A DNA stretch of 59,043 nucleotides, from assembly GCA_012735145.1 (NCBI GenBank), contig JAAYIA010000004.1, forward strand, positions 1 to 59,043. Reading direction: 5' to 3'. This document shows, piece by piece, positions 27,653 through 38,058 of this stretch. Within the stretch, counting starts at the first letter, position 1; every line of letters begins with the position of its first letter. A program made the translations under genes and the position numbers. The DNA is from Clostridiales bacterium. Its GTDB lineage: Bacteria > Bacillota > Clostridia > Peptostreptococcales > Anaerovoracaceae. The notes under the pieces were generated by a model. It was given only the letters and a program-made list of their open reading frames with translations, was not told where the DNA came from and made no database searches.

Positions 27653-28747
27653 TTATAGCGTTAGATCTCCGTCCTTCACCCATCCGAGTTTACGACAGCC
27701 TGTGTTAATAATCGGAGCAAGGATTGCAGGCAGAATAAATGATATGAGGATTAGTCCGAGCCAATCCATACCTGTGATTCCTACTTTTGCTCCCGAAGCA
27801 ACATCAGCGACCCAGCCGGAGTAAACTCCTATCTGTCCTACAAGCCCACATGTACCCATTCCGCTTGCAACAGGTGCTCCGTTCATCTGCAGCTTAAATA
27901 TACAAGTGGCTATCGGTCCCGTTATCGCCGCAGTCAAGGTAGGTGCAATCCATATACGAGGATTTTTTACAATATTACCCATTTGAAGCATCGATGTTCC
28001 TATTCCTTGTGAGACAAGGCCTCCCCATCTGTTTTCTCTGAATGACATCACGGCAAAACCAACCATCTGTGCACAGCAGCCGGCAACAGCAGCTCCGCCG
28101 GCCAGCCCGGTAAGACCCAGTGCTGCACATATAGCCGCTGAAGATATAGGTAATGTAAGAGCAACGCCGACTACTACGGAAACTATAATTCCCATAACAA
28201 GAGGCCTAAAATCTGTAGCCCACATTACTATTCTCCCTACTTCCATTGCCATCGCACCAAGACCCGGTGCCCACCAAACTGAGAGAGCTATGCCTGAGCC
28301 TATAGTTACAAGAGGAGTGACGAGTATGTCAACCTTAGTCTCTCCACATACTGCCTTTCCAAGCTCTGCAGCAATTATTGCTACGAACAGAACGGCAAGC
28401 GGTCCACCGGCCCCACCAAGGGTATTAGCTGCAAAGCCCACGGTTGCAAGCGAGAACAAAACAAGCGGTGGAGCTTTAAGTGCATAGCCTATTGCAACTG
28501 CCATAGCAGGACCTGTCATTGCCATCGCAAGACCCCCTGCTGTATACTCAGCACTTCCGACAACAGCTATCGGTTCTGTTAGGAATCCTATATGGAACTG
28601 AGTCCCTAGCGTGTTGATAATAGTTCCTATGAGGAGAGAACAGAACAAGCCTTGTGCCATTGCGGACAAAGCATCTATACCATACCTCTTTGCACTAATC
28701 TCGATTTGCTTGCGTTCCATAAACAATTTGATAGAATCTTTTGTCAT
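27653..28747 (-). CDS. Polytopic membrane protein, PTS EIIC-like (PTS_EIIC_2-type) family
   Basis: 364 aa, Gly/Ala-rich with about 10 TM helices. N-terminus FMERKQIEISAKRYGIDALSAMAQGLFCSLLIGTI. The family call is from memory of this N-terminal pattern only. Confidence 0.45.
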   Translation of the reverse strand: MTKDSIKLFMERKQIEISAKRYGIDALSAMAQGLFCSLLIGTIINTLGTQFHIGFLTEPIAVVGSAEYTAGGLAMAMTGPAMAVAIGYALKAPPLVLFSLATVGFAANTLGGAGGPLAVLFVAIIAAELGKAVCGETKVDILVTPLVTIGSGIALSVWWAPGLGAMAMEVGRIVMWATDFRPLVMGIIVSVVVGVALTLPISSAAICAALGLTGLAGGAAVAGCCAQMVGFAVMSFRENRWGGLVSQGIGTSMLQMGNIVKNPRIWIAPTLTAAITGPIATCIFKLQMNGAPVASGMGTCGLVGQIGVYSGWVADVASGAKVGITGMDWLGLILISFILPAILAPIINTGCRKLGWVKDGDLTL

Positions 28748-28865
28748 TTTCTCTTTTTTCCCTTATAATAAACTTCGAATAGCAAACACGGATAAATATA
28801 AAATTACTGTACATATTGTAACAATAATAACACATGATAAAGTGTAACATAAGAAGAGAGGAAGA

Positions 28866-29951
28866 GTGCTATTTATGTCTCAAACAAAAAACAAAAAACA
28901 AGTCGGTAAAAAAAGAAAGCGGCTTTCGCTTATTATTGCCGTTCTTGCAATTTTACTTGTAATTACCGGAGTGTATGCTTTCGGACTTAGTCCGGTAGAT
29001 CCCGGTAACGATGAAGCAATTGTAGTTGATATTCCCAGCGGAACAGGTGCGTCTCAGGTCGTATACATTCTTGATGACGCCGGTTTAGTTAGAAATGTTT
29101 TTTTCGCAAAAATCAACGCCAGAATTGGTAGGTATAACAGCCTACAGGCCAACGCATACATATTCAGCAAAGGTATGTCATTTCCTAAAATGATGAACGC
29201 CATTAACAAAGGAAGTTTTGAGTACATTTCAAAGCGATCTGTCGAGGTTGCTGATGGTGCGAGGCTTGAGCAAGTAGCTGCTGCAATGTCTAAGGAGCTT
29301 GACTTCTCAGCTCAGGAAATAATGGATAAATGGTCAGATAAGAAATATATTAAAAAGCTTATCGATAAGTACTGGTTCCTAACCGATGAGATTCTATCTG
29401 ACGATGTTATCTATCCTCTTGAAGGATATCTATATGCGGATACCTACTTCGTTACTACAGAAAATTCCACTATTGAAGAATTTACCGAAATGTGTCTGGA
29501 CAGGATGGATGCAGAGCTTACACCAAGGAAGGACCAAATCAAAGCATCGGGCTTCACTGTCCACAAATTCCTTACTCTAACCTCTATTGTAACAAAAGAA
29601 GCAAGAGCAGGTGACCAACCTGAGGTTGCGGGTGTATTTATAAATAGGCTAAATAAAAATATGTCTCTCGGCAGTGATGTAACTGTATGTTATATTTTCC
29701 AAGAAGACAGAGTTGAATTGAAGGTTAGCCAGCTTGAAAGCGACAATCCTTACAACACGAGAAAATTTGAAGGACTTCCTCCGGGACCTATCTGTCAGGT
29801 TGTCGGCGAAGGAATGGATGCGGTTCTCAAATACAAGAAGACCGATAATATATACTTCTTTGCAGATGCTGACGGTAAGGTTCATTTCTTCAAAACACAA
29901 GCCGAGTTCGAAAAAGGAATAGAAGAAATTGGACTGCTTCAGGATGATTAA
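28866..29951 (+). CDS. mltG: Endolytic murein transglycosylase MltG (YceG-like)
   Basis: 361 aa with an N-terminal TM anchor and the YceG domain (LEGYLYADTY, ASIVTKEA-type segment, SDNPYNTRKFEGLPPGPI). An alternative ATG start is at 28875. Confidence 0.85.
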   Translation: MLFMSQTKNKKQVGKKRKRLSLIIAVLAILLVITGVYAFGLSPVDPGNDEAIVVDIPSGTGASQVVYILDDAGLVRNVFFAKINARIGRYNSLQANAYIFSKGMSFPKMMNAINKGSFEYISKRSVEVADGARLEQVAAAMSKELDFSAQEIMDKWSDKKYIKKLIDKYWFLTDEILSDDVIYPLEGYLYADTYFVTTENSTIEEFTEMCLDRMDAELTPRKDQIKASGFTVHKFLTLTSIVTKEARAGDQPEVAGVFINRLNKNMSLGSDVTVCYIFQEDRVELKVSQLESDNPYNTRKFEGLPPGPICQVVGEGMDAVLKYKKTDNIYFFADADGKVHFFKTQAEFEKGIEEIGLLQDD

Positions 29952-30001
29952 GAGCATCTTCTAAAAGAACACCATCAATATATAATATTGCTTTTAAAAC
30001 T

Positions 30002-30040
30002 AAAACCCTACTTTGATTCTCTTGCAGTAGGGTTTTATTA
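30002..30040. terminator. Bidirectional terminator between mltG and the NUDIX gene
   Basis: AAAACCCTAC ... GTAGGGTTTT stem with flanking A and T runs. Confidence 0.7.
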
Positions 30041-30043
30041 TAT

Positions 30044-30580
30044 CTATTCATTTATCACAGTGCAGTTGTCGCCTTGATACTTTATCGTCATGGATATTTC
30101 CTTGGCTCCTTTGAGAATTGGTTCAAGGAAGGACTTATCACCCTCCCACATTGGTAGGGCCATTAGATCACTTCTTTTTATCCACTTGAGAACTCCTTCA
30201 TCGCAATCGGGAGGGAGAAATTTATCTTCACGTATAAAAATCTCCTTGTCTTTTTCATCCTCAGGTTCAAAATCATCCGAATAATATAGATACATATCTT
30301 CATTGCCATACATATCTGATCTAAACTTGACTATACCAAGAAATTGGGCCGAATTTAAAATCAGTCCTGTTTCTTCTCTAACCTCACGCATATTACACTC
30401 ATTCGGATTTTCTGATGGCTCTATTTTACCTCCAACTCCAATCCATTTGCCTTCGTTAATATCGTTTTGTTTCTTATTCCGATACAGCATAAGAAATTCC
30501 TCATTATGCTCAATATAGCATACGGTCGTTTTTCCTATCTGTTCGGTTTTGTCCATATCGTTTTGATTGTTTAAGTCCAA
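30044..30580 (-). CDS. NUDIX hydrolase (MutT-like)
   Basis: 178 aa with the Nudix box GGKIEPSENPNECNMREVREETGL. Confidence 0.85.
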   Translation of the reverse strand: MDLNNQNDMDKTEQIGKTTVCYIEHNEEFLMLYRNKKQNDINEGKWIGVGGKIEPSENPNECNMREVREETGLILNSAQFLGIVKFRSDMYGNEDMYLYYSDDFEPEDEKDKEIFIREDKFLPPDCDEGVLKWIKRSDLMALPMWEGDKSFLEPILKGAKEISMTIKYQGDNCTVINE

Positions 30581-30589
30581 TTGTATGTA

Positions 30590-31066
30590 CTACTCCACTC
30601 TAATACTATTTATCTTTTGATCTTTCAGAGGCTTATCCATCATATTTCTCTCACTGCTGACTATTGTGTCCGCAACTTCCATGCCTGATGTAACTTTACC
30701 AAAAGCAGCATACTGTCCATCAAGATGAGGAGAATCAGCTGTCATAATAAAGAACTGTGATCCTGCTGAGTTTGGATCCATTGCTCTTGCCATAGAAAGC
30801 ACTCCTCTGTTATGTTTAAGATTGTTCTCGAATCCGTTAGCTTTGAATTCTCCTTGTATGCAATGTCCCGGCCCACCCATGCCTGTGCCGTCAGGACATC
30901 CGCCTTGTATCATGAAGCCCGGAATTACTCTGTGAAAAATCAATCCGTCATAGAACTTCTCATTAGCAAGCTTCTCAAAATTTTCAGCTGTCTTAGGTGC
31001 GATATCCTCATATATCTCACCTCTCATTACGCCACCGTCTTCCATTTCAATAGTAAATTTCTTCAT
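30590..31066 (-). CDS. ppiB: Peptidyl-prolyl cis-trans isomerase, cyclophilin type
   Basis: 158 aa with FHRVIPGFMIQGG, LSMARA and GSQFFI. Confidence 0.92.
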   Translation of the reverse strand: MKKFTIEMEDGGVMRGEIYEDIAPKTAENFEKLANEKFYDGLIFHRVIPGFMIQGGCPDGTGMGGPGHCIQGEFKANGFENNLKHNRGVLSMARAMDPNSAGSQFFIMTADSPHLDGQYAAFGKVTSGMEVADTIVSSERNMMDKPLKDQKINSIRVE

Positions 31067-31175
31067 TTTATTCCTCCGTTATTTTATTTTTATTTCATAC
31101 ACATATATGCAAATATTTATATGCGCTGTTTGTATGATCAAAACGATTAAAAACCTTGCTATATTACTTTCGTTA

Positions 31176-34100
31176 TCACTCTACTGATTTTAGCGACTCT
31201 GTCATAGATATATTCCTCAGCCTTCTCTGCATTACCAGATTTACGACTACCGCAAATACAAATGTCAAAAGAACAGACCATACATAGTCCATATTGTTCA
31301 GTCGCGGCTCAAAATATATCATCTTAACAGCTATATTGTCTATTACAAAGCTCAAAAGCCATTTGCCCACCGGCATACCCACAACTGCGGCAATCGCTAT
31401 TAAGAACATGTTTTCTCTGAATACGTACTGAGAAACCTCATATTGGTTGAAGCCAAGTACTTTGATGGTTGCAATCTCTCTAATTCTCTCCGTAATATTG
31501 ATATTTGTCAAATTATACAGAACTATAAAGGCAAGAAGAGCTGCACATAATATTACAACAAAGACCACGGAATTAAGGCTTTTCATCATCTTCGCAACTC
31601 TATCCATAAGGTCTACGCTCACAACCGAAGCTGCGGAGTATTCATATCCTTGTGCTTCAGTTGCCAAGTTTCTTATAGTTGCCTCGTCCGAATCTTCCGG
31701 AGCATTGATAAGTGCGGTTTTTTTGCTTGGGGCTTTTCCGAAACCTTTCTCATAGGTTTCTTCACTCATAAAGATGTTATCGAAAACATAATTATCACAT
31801 ACTGCTGAAACTGTCACCGTCATCTCTCTATAACCGTCTTTGAGCTTAATCTTGTCTCCGGGATTTATTCCCATTTCTCTTTGTATTTTTCTTACAATCA
31901 CAACTTCTCCATCACCCGGAAAAGCAACCTTCTTGCCAGATCTATGCAAGTTAATATATTTGTCAAAGTTCTTTCCATCAGATGCGTAGCATTCTATCTC
32001 GTCTTTCTTGTCTCCGGCAATAATGTCCATGCTTGAAGTGTGTAAGAATAAAACGTCACCTGTTTTATCATCGGTCTTATCATCCATGTATTTCATGAAC
32101 TTCTTCTGCCTATCAGCATTCATATCTTTGTTGAATGCAACCTGATAATCATACAGAGAAATTTCCTTAAATTGATAGTCGGCAACCTTTGAGATGCTCG
32201 TCTTGATACCAAAGCCGGCTATCATAAGTGCCGTGCATCCGCTTACCCCGATAATCATCATAAGGAATCTTTTTTTGTCTCTGAATATATTCCTCATCGA
32301 GACTTTATATAGGAAACTCAATCTGTTCCAAATAGGAGTCATTCGCTCAAGCAAAATTCTCTTGCCCACTTTGGGCGCACGTGGCCTTATCAGACTTGCA
32401 GGTGCTACCTTAAAGTTTCCTACTATCGCAGCCAATGTTGCTCCCATTGAACAAATCATTGCAACCGCAAGAGAAATCAACCCCAGTTTCCAATTTATAA
32501 CATAGTCGACTGTGTCACTAAATCCGTACATCATCGAATAAGCTTTCCAGATTACCGACGGGAACACCTTGCTTCCAATAAAGAAGCCCAGTACTGCTCC
32601 GATGAAAGCTGCGCTTCCTGAATAGAACATGTATTTAGACAGTATCGCTCCGTTGCTGTATCCTAAGGCTTTAAGAACTCCTATTTGAGTTCTTTGCTCA
32701 TCTATCATCCTCGTCATAGTCGTCATGCATACAAGAGCAGCGATTAAAAAGAAAAATACAGGGAATATCTTTGCTATATTATCTACAATATTGGAGTTGC
32801 TATCGAATGAAGAATAGCCTGTATTATCCTTCCTTGAAAAAGCATAGGAATTGCCTGTTTCCATCTCGTCAATCTTGTCTTGAGCTTCATTTATCTTATC
32901 TTTTGCATCTTCGAGCTTTCTCTCTGCTTTGGTAAACTCTTTATACGCCTCTTTTTTTTGTGTATTCAGTGTTCTCTCACTCTCGATAAGGGTTCCTGAT
33001 TTCTTGTTGAGAGTTTCCAGCCCGGCTTTCGCTTTACTGATACCGCTATTCACTTGCGCAAGATTTGCTTTTAGTCCATTAATAGTGCCTGTAATAGCGT
33101 TTATCGTTGCAATCTGAGTATTATATTCTTGAATATATTCTTCTTCTGTAATTTCTCCGGCTGCATATTTATTTTCAATTTCTGTTTTCTTTGCATTTGC
33201 TTGAGCCAAATGGACTTTTGCTTCACTGATTCCTGCCTCAATCTGAGCTTTCTTCGCTTGCAAATTCGCTATTGTAGCGTTCAACTCTTTCTTTGTTGAA
33301 GCAACCGTCTTCTTTCCGGAGCTTATCTGATTGGCTGCTGAATTCAATTTGCGTTCAGTATCAGCCTTTGTTTTCTCGAATTCTGCCAGGCTGTCCTCAT
33401 ATTCCTGTTTCTTCTCATCAAGCTTTTCTTGGGCCTCTTTCATGGCAGTAGTCCTGCGTGCCTTGGTTATGTTATCGGCGAGGTCTTCCATAGGCTTTTT
33501 ATTCCTTGTAAGCTTTGAATTCAGTTCCTCAGATAGAATTTCTTCGTCACCCTCAAGCTTGACGTATAGGGAAGTATAATAATCTAAATCGAAAGAATCT
33601 TTATTTATATAGAAAAAAGTATCCAAGGCTCCGTCTCCAATATCGGTAGATCCCCTCTGATAGTCCATATATATTGGTGTGTTGACCTTTCCTACAATGA
33701 TAAATTCTTTGGCCTTAAATTTCTTGAGCGTATCCTTGTCGTTATTGGCTGAAAGCTTAACTTTATCGCCAATATTATAACCTTCTCCTATTACTGTATA
33801 TGCATCTATTACGCATTCGTTATTCTTCTCCGGCAATCTGCCTTCGACTACTTTCAATGTATTTATTTTATTCGGAACGGATATAGCTTTAAGTGTTTCT
33901 TCTTGCTCTCCGTTCGTCTCTAACAGCACGTCTATGTCTATTGAGCCTTCGCTTTGTGCGACGCCTTCCACCTTTGATGCCATCTTGACGCTTTTATCAT
34001 CTATTCCATAAGAAGAAAGGATGCGATAGTCATAGAAATTTGTAGATCTAAGATAATCACCTGTTGTTTTAACCATGGACGCTTTACAGTTTTTCAATCC

Positions 34101-34202
34101 GGCAAAAAAACCAACACCAAGAGCTACAATTGCCAAAATAGCAAGGTAGCGTGTCAATGATGTTATTATTTCTCTCAAAGCAGCTTTTTTAAGCATTTGC
34201 AA
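31176..34202 (-). CDS. ABC transporter permease, double FtsX/MacB-type, with a long extracytoplasmic coiled-coil insert
   Basis: 1008 aa with two FtsX-like 4-TM modules and a coiled coil of about 220 aa (residues ~230-450). The track start is a TTG; an ATG lies at 34196. Confidence 0.8.
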   Translation of the reverse strand: MQMLKKAALREIITSLTRYLAILAIVALGVGFFAGLKNCKASMVKTTGDYLRSTNFYDYRILSSYGIDDKSVKMASKVEGVAQSEGSIDIDVLLETNGEQEETLKAISVPNKINTLKVVEGRLPEKNNECVIDAYTVIGEGYNIGDKVKLSANNDKDTLKKFKAKEFIIVGKVNTPIYMDYQRGSTDIGDGALDTFFYINKDSFDLDYYTSLYVKLEGDEEILSEELNSKLTRNKKPMEDLADNITKARRTTAMKEAQEKLDEKKQEYEDSLAEFEKTKADTERKLNSAANQISSGKKTVASTKKELNATIANLQAKKAQIEAGISEAKVHLAQANAKKTEIENKYAAGEITEEEYIQEYNTQIATINAITGTINGLKANLAQVNSGISKAKAGLETLNKKSGTLIESERTLNTQKKEAYKEFTKAERKLEDAKDKINEAQDKIDEMETGNSYAFSRKDNTGYSSFDSNSNIVDNIAKIFPVFFFLIAALVCMTTMTRMIDEQRTQIGVLKALGYSNGAILSKYMFYSGSAAFIGAVLGFFIGSKVFPSVIWKAYSMMYGFSDTVDYVINWKLGLISLAVAMICSMGATLAAIVGNFKVAPASLIRPRAPKVGKRILLERMTPIWNRLSFLYKVSMRNIFRDKKRFLMMIIGVSGCTALMIAGFGIKTSISKVADYQFKEISLYDYQVAFNKDMNADRQKKFMKYMDDKTDDKTGDVLFLHTSSMDIIAGDKKDEIECYASDGKNFDKYINLHRSGKKVAFPGDGEVVIVRKIQREMGINPGDKIKLKDGYREMTVTVSAVCDNYVFDNIFMSEETYEKGFGKAPSKKTALINAPEDSDEATIRNLATEAQGYEYSAASVVSVDLMDRVAKMMKSLNSVVFVVILCAALLAFIVLYNLTNINITERIREIATIKVLGFNQYEVSQYVFRENMFLIAIAAVVGMPVGKWLLSFVIDNIAVKMIYFEPRLNNMDYVWSVLLTFVFAVVVNLVMQRRLRNISMTESLKSVE

Positions 34203-34205
34203 TTT

Positions 34206-35024
34206 CTACCATTCTATTTCAGCTATAGATATCGGATTATGATTTACGATAACGTCTTGTACGATTCCATTTCTGACGCTTATAACTCTGTCAGCCATAG
34301 GTGTTATTGCCTTGTTGTGTGTAATAATGATTACAGTTGCTCCGGAAATATGTGCCTGATCCTGAAGAAGCTGTAATATCGATTTCCCTGTGTTATAGTC
34401 AAGGGCGCCTGTTGGCTCATCACAAAGCAGAAGCTTGGGATTTTTTGCAAGTGCTCTTGCTATAGCCACTCTCTGCTGTTCTCCGCCGGAAAGTTGTCCC
34501 GGAAAATTTTTCATACGCTCCTCAAGGCCAACCGCTTTGAGTGTTTCGGTCGGATCAAGAGGATCCTTACATATCTGGGTGGCAAGAGAAACGTTTTCAA
34601 TTGCCGTGAGGTTCTGCACAAGATTATAAAACTGAAATACAAAGCCTATGTCGTATCTTCTATATTTCGTAAGTTCCTTTTGATTCATCTTACTTATCTC
34701 TTGCCCATCTAGGATTATCCTTCCCTCGGTCAAGGTATCCATTCCACCAAGAATGTTCAAAAGAGTTGTTTTTCCCGCTCCGGATTCTCCTACGACTATT
34801 GCAAGCTCTCCTTTTTTTACCGTAAAACTTGCATCTCGTAAGGCTTCAATACTAACTTCTCCAACTTGATATACCTTGCGGACATTTTCAAAAACAACAT
34901 AATCTGGGCGAATGTCTTGAATCTCTTCGGACTTCTTCGACTTCTCCTCTTTCTCTTGTGACAGCTCAGCTTCAGCTGCCTGAATAAGCTTTTTGAATTC
35001 TGCCATTTCTTGATTTTTGTTCAT
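34206..35024 (-). CDS. ABC transporter ATP-binding protein (MacB/LolD-like)
   Basis: Walker [10 protein letters not shown], signature LSGGEQQRV and Walker [10 protein letters not shown] moved the start to the ATG at 35024 (AGGTG 7 nt upstream). Confidence 0.9.
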   Translation of the reverse strand: MNKNQEMAEFKKLIQAAEAELSQEKEEKSKKSEEIQDIRPDYVVFENVRKVYQVGEVSIEALRDASFTVKKGELAIVVGESGAGKTTLLNILGGMDTLTEGRIILDGQEISKMNQKELTKYRRYDIGFVFQFYNLVQNLTAIENVSLATQICKDPLDPTETLKAVGLEERMKNFPGQLSGGEQQRVAIARALAKNPKLLLCDEPTGALDYNTGKSILQLLQDQAHISGATVIIITHNKAITPMADRVISVRNGIVQDVIVNHNPISIAEIEW

Positions 35025-35046
35025 AATCAACACCTACAAATTATTA

Positions 35047-35943
35047 TCAGATGATAATATTGATACAACCAATTATCAGACCTATAAGACCACCGAGATT
35101 GACTATCATATCGAGCTCATTTTTCATTACTGACAGTACTCCCTTTTCAATATCTTCAACTGACATAGAATTGATCTTATCTTCAACTATCCTTGCTACA
35201 TCTATTCTTCTAAGGGCAGAGTTTACCGCATTTACAACAGATTCCCGGTACGCCTCGATAAGTTTATTTCTTACAAATTTTTCATCATATCCCGCTTCTT
35301 CTAACACGTGAATAGGTGTCCTTTTTCCAAGATCTTGTATTTTAGTTCGGCATACTTCTTCGACCATATTCGTCCCACGAGTGTCGATGAATTCAATCAT
35401 TTTATCACTCACGGTAATCATCATATTATCCACTATCTTATTAGATACAAACAGACTAAGTAATTTGGATGTAGAGAGGGCTTCTTTCGTCATTCTTCCC
35501 CCTTCGTCTCTCATCAGTTCCGGTATATCCATCTCCTTAATTGCTTCTATAATTTTTGCAGTAAGAAGTTCTGTAAAACTCTTCTCTATTTTAATATATT
35601 TTTTCGGTCCAGCGACAAGAATTGCTCCTGTATCCCGAATATCCTCTGCGAGAATTGCCATAAGCTTATCAATAAGGGGTTTTTCTATCTCCTCTGTAAG
35701 CATCCGATTAGATATATCCTCTTTGGTGAAAAGCTCGTCGGCGACTATCTTTCCGGCTGATTTTGCAAGGCGTTTCTTGCCTTTTGGGATTGCTCCCGGT
35801 GTAAAGGGTACGGTAAATCCAAATATTTTCTTCTCTTCTCGTGGAACAAATATCATCTTAACCGCTATGTAATTGGTGAAAAATCCTATAACGGCCCCCA
35901 CAAGTGGAGGCATAAGATAATCACCCACAAATTCCCAGTTCAT
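35047..35943 (-). CDS. DUF445 family membrane protein
   Basis: 298 aa with the N-terminal GAVIGFFTNYIAVKMIF motif and a C-terminal TM helix. Confidence 0.65.
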   Translation of the reverse strand: MNWEFVGDYLMPPLVGAVIGFFTNYIAVKMIFVPREEKKIFGFTVPFTPGAIPKGKKRLAKSAGKIVADELFTKEDISNRMLTEEIEKPLIDKLMAILAEDIRDTGAILVAGPKKYIKIEKSFTELLTAKIIEAIKEMDIPELMRDEGGRMTKEALSTSKLLSLFVSNKIVDNMMITVSDKMIEFIDTRGTNMVEEVCRTKIQDLGKRTPIHVLEEAGYDEKFVRNKLIEAYRESVVNAVNSALRRIDVARIVEDKINSMSVEDIEKGVLSVMKNELDMIVNLGGLIGLIIGCINIII

Positions 35944-35966
35944 CTTCTCTCCTTTAATAGTTGCAC

Positions 35967-36515
35967 CTAGTATTTGAGATTTTTTCTAATCTGCTTCCAA
36001 TCCGGCATAAACCTATCCATCAGTTCATAAAAGCTCCCTCCATGGTTCGGAACCAGAGTGTGCACGAGCTCATGGAGTATTACATAATCAAGTTCTTCAT
36101 CTGTTCTTGTAGCAAGCATCAGACTCAAATTAATATGGCAGGTTGTAGTATTACAACTTCCCCATCTTGTATGCATGTCTCTTACGCTCCAGCCGGTACA
36201 ATGAAGCCCGGTCCACTGCTCAATCGCCGGCAATCTTTCGGCGATTCTTCGCTTCAGCGAAGCTCGGCGTTTTTCTTTTTCCGCAGGTGTTGAAGGCGCC
36301 GGATGAGCAGAGGACCTTTCCTTAACTCTTGAAATGTTTTTATCTATCCAGTCTCTTCTGCTTCTTACAAAACTTATTATATAACCGTCCGTCATAATAT
36401 ATGGAGCGCTTACAATCACTTTGCCATCCGGATCTTTAACTCTAATATTCATTCTTTTGATTCGCTTGCGAGTTACCTCAACAGGCAGTTCATCAATATA
36501 TATAACCTTCTTCAT
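35967..36515 (-). CDS. YgjP-like (DUF45) zinc metallopeptidase
   Basis: 182 aa with HELVHTLVPNH (HExxH...H). Confidence 0.75.
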   Translation of the reverse strand: MKKVIYIDELPVEVTRKRIKRMNIRVKDPDGKVIVSAPYIMTDGYIISFVRSRRDWIDKNISRVKERSSAHPAPSTPAEKEKRRASLKRRIAERLPAIEQWTGLHCTGWSVRDMHTRWGSCNTTTCHINLSLMLATRTDEELDYVILHELVHTLVPNHGGSFYELMDRFMPDWKQIRKNLKY

Positions 36516-36551
36516 AGTCTATATAATACCATATTATATAAAATTATATTG

Positions 36552-36580
36552 AAAAACCGAGGTTATATAACCTCGGTTTA
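36552..36580 (-). terminator. Terminator of the symporter gene
   Basis: AAACCGAGGTTATATAACCTCGGTTT palindrome, followed on the minus strand by TTTTT. Confidence 0.8.
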
Positions 36581-36636
36581 ATATAATTATTAAATTATTT
36601 TCAGGAAGTTCCACATAATATGGGCATACCACTTGC

Positions 36637-38058
36637 CTATTTCCAGCACTCTGCCTTGCTCTCATCAAGATCTATATTCTTAGCCTTGAAAACAGGTTGT
36701 AGACCTGCTTTTTTCTGATCTGTATAATCTTTGAGAGACTTGATGGCCACTCCACCAAGTATTGCAATCGTCGGAATATTACAAACTACCATTAGTCCTT
36801 GGAACATATCAGCTGTATCCCATACAAGACCTGCCTGTGCAATTGCCCCCAAGAACACGAGTACTGTAGCAACTATTCTGAATACCAATGATTCTGTCTT
36901 AGATATATCCCTTTTCAGGATAAATGCCAAACATCCTTCACAGTATGCGTAGTTGCCGATAAGAGTAGTAAACGCAAACAATGACATTGATACTGCAATG
37001 AAAACAGGGCCAAAAGTTCCAAGCGAAGTATGCATACAAGTCTGAACATAGCCTGCAGCGTCAGCAGCACCGTCGACGACAAAATCAGCCGGATTAATGC
37101 TTGTTGTTGAAAGACACATAAACGCTGTTGCTGAACAAATAAGAAGCGTATCGATAAATACAGATAATGTCTGTACAAGTCCCTGCTTTACCGGATGAGC
37201 GACATCCGCTTTGGCTGCAGCGTTAGGAGCAGAACCCATACCAGCTTCATTTGAGTAAAGTCCTCTCTTGAGTCCCCACATGAGGCACGACCCGGCAAAT
37301 CCGCCAAAGATTGCTTGTAAATCAAACGCACTTGCGAAAATCAAAGAAAACATTTTTCCGAGGTTGGAAGCATTCATAACGAGAACTACAATGGAAACTC
37401 CAACATAGATCAGTCCCATAATAGGTACAAGGAATTCTGTAACCTTTGAAAGTCTTCTCGCTCCACCAATTACAATAGCAGCAAACAGCAGTGCAAGAAT
37501 AGCTCCGATTACAGCTGCTGTGTTCTTGCCATAGAAATCAAAAGTAGCAAATGTTGATTGCAGGTTATATGCCGCCAACATATTATATCCTACCGCGTAT
37601 GTAAAGATAATGAGGAATGAGAACAGGACTCCCAGCCATCTCTGTCCAAGAGCGTTCTGCATATAATATGAAGGTCCACCGTAGTAAGTTCCATCATCTG
37701 CTTTTTTCTTATAAATTTGTGCAAGAGTGGACTCGATAAATGCGTTTGCACCACCAAAGATAGCTGTAATCCACATCCAGAAAATCGCTCCCGGTCCTCC
37801 AAGCACGATAGCTGTACATACACCGATAATGTTTCCTGTACCTACTCTCGATGCTGTGGAAATCATCAACGCTCCGAAAGATGAGATACCATTCTCATTC
37901 TCAGGTTTCTCCATAACGACCTTAAGCATCTCAGGGAATAAACGAACCTGAACAGCCTTAGTTCTGATTGTAAAGTAGATACCCACAACAATCAGGAACA
38001 TAGGTACAACATATGGCTGATACAGAATGTTATTCATAAAACCAACAAAAGCACTCAT
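36637..38058 (-). CDS. Alanine/glycine:cation symporter (AGCS) family transporter
   Basis: About 473 aa with typical AGCS motifs (ASRVGTGNIIGV, GLYSNEAGMGSAPNAAA). I place the start at the ATG at 38058 (AAGGAGA upstream); the track start is an upstream TTG. Confidence 0.88.
   Translation of the reverse strand: MSAFVGFMNNILYQPYVVPMFLIVVGIYFTIRTKAVQVRLFPEMLKVVMEKPENENGISSFGALMISTASRVGTGNIIGVCTAIVLGGPGAIFWMWITAIFGGANAFIESTLAQIYKKKADDGTYYGGPSYYMQNALGQRWLGVLFSFLIIFTYAVGYNMLAAYNLQSTFATFDFYGKNTAAVIGAILALLFAAIVIGGARRLSKVTEFLVPIMGLIYVGVSIVVLVMNASNLGKMFSLIFASAFDLQAIFGGFAGSCLMWGLKRGLYSNEAGMGSAPNAAAKADVAHPVKQGLVQTLSVFIDTLLICSATAFMCLSTTSINPADFVVDGAADAAGYVQTCMHTSLGTFGPVFIAVSMSLFAFTTLIGNYAYCEGCLAFILKRDISKTESLVFRIVATVLVFLGAIAQAGLVWDTADMFQGLMVVCNIPTIAILGGVAIKSLKDYTDQKKAGLQPVFKAKNIDLDESKAECWK

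Noticed and set aside
27612-27683. N-terminal extension of the HMA ORF to 94 aa (track start at 27683)
   Set aside because: The extension overlaps the end of the EIIC-like gene and has no RBS. The internal ATG at 27611 has a good GAAAGGAAG SD and gives a canonical 70-aa HMA domain.
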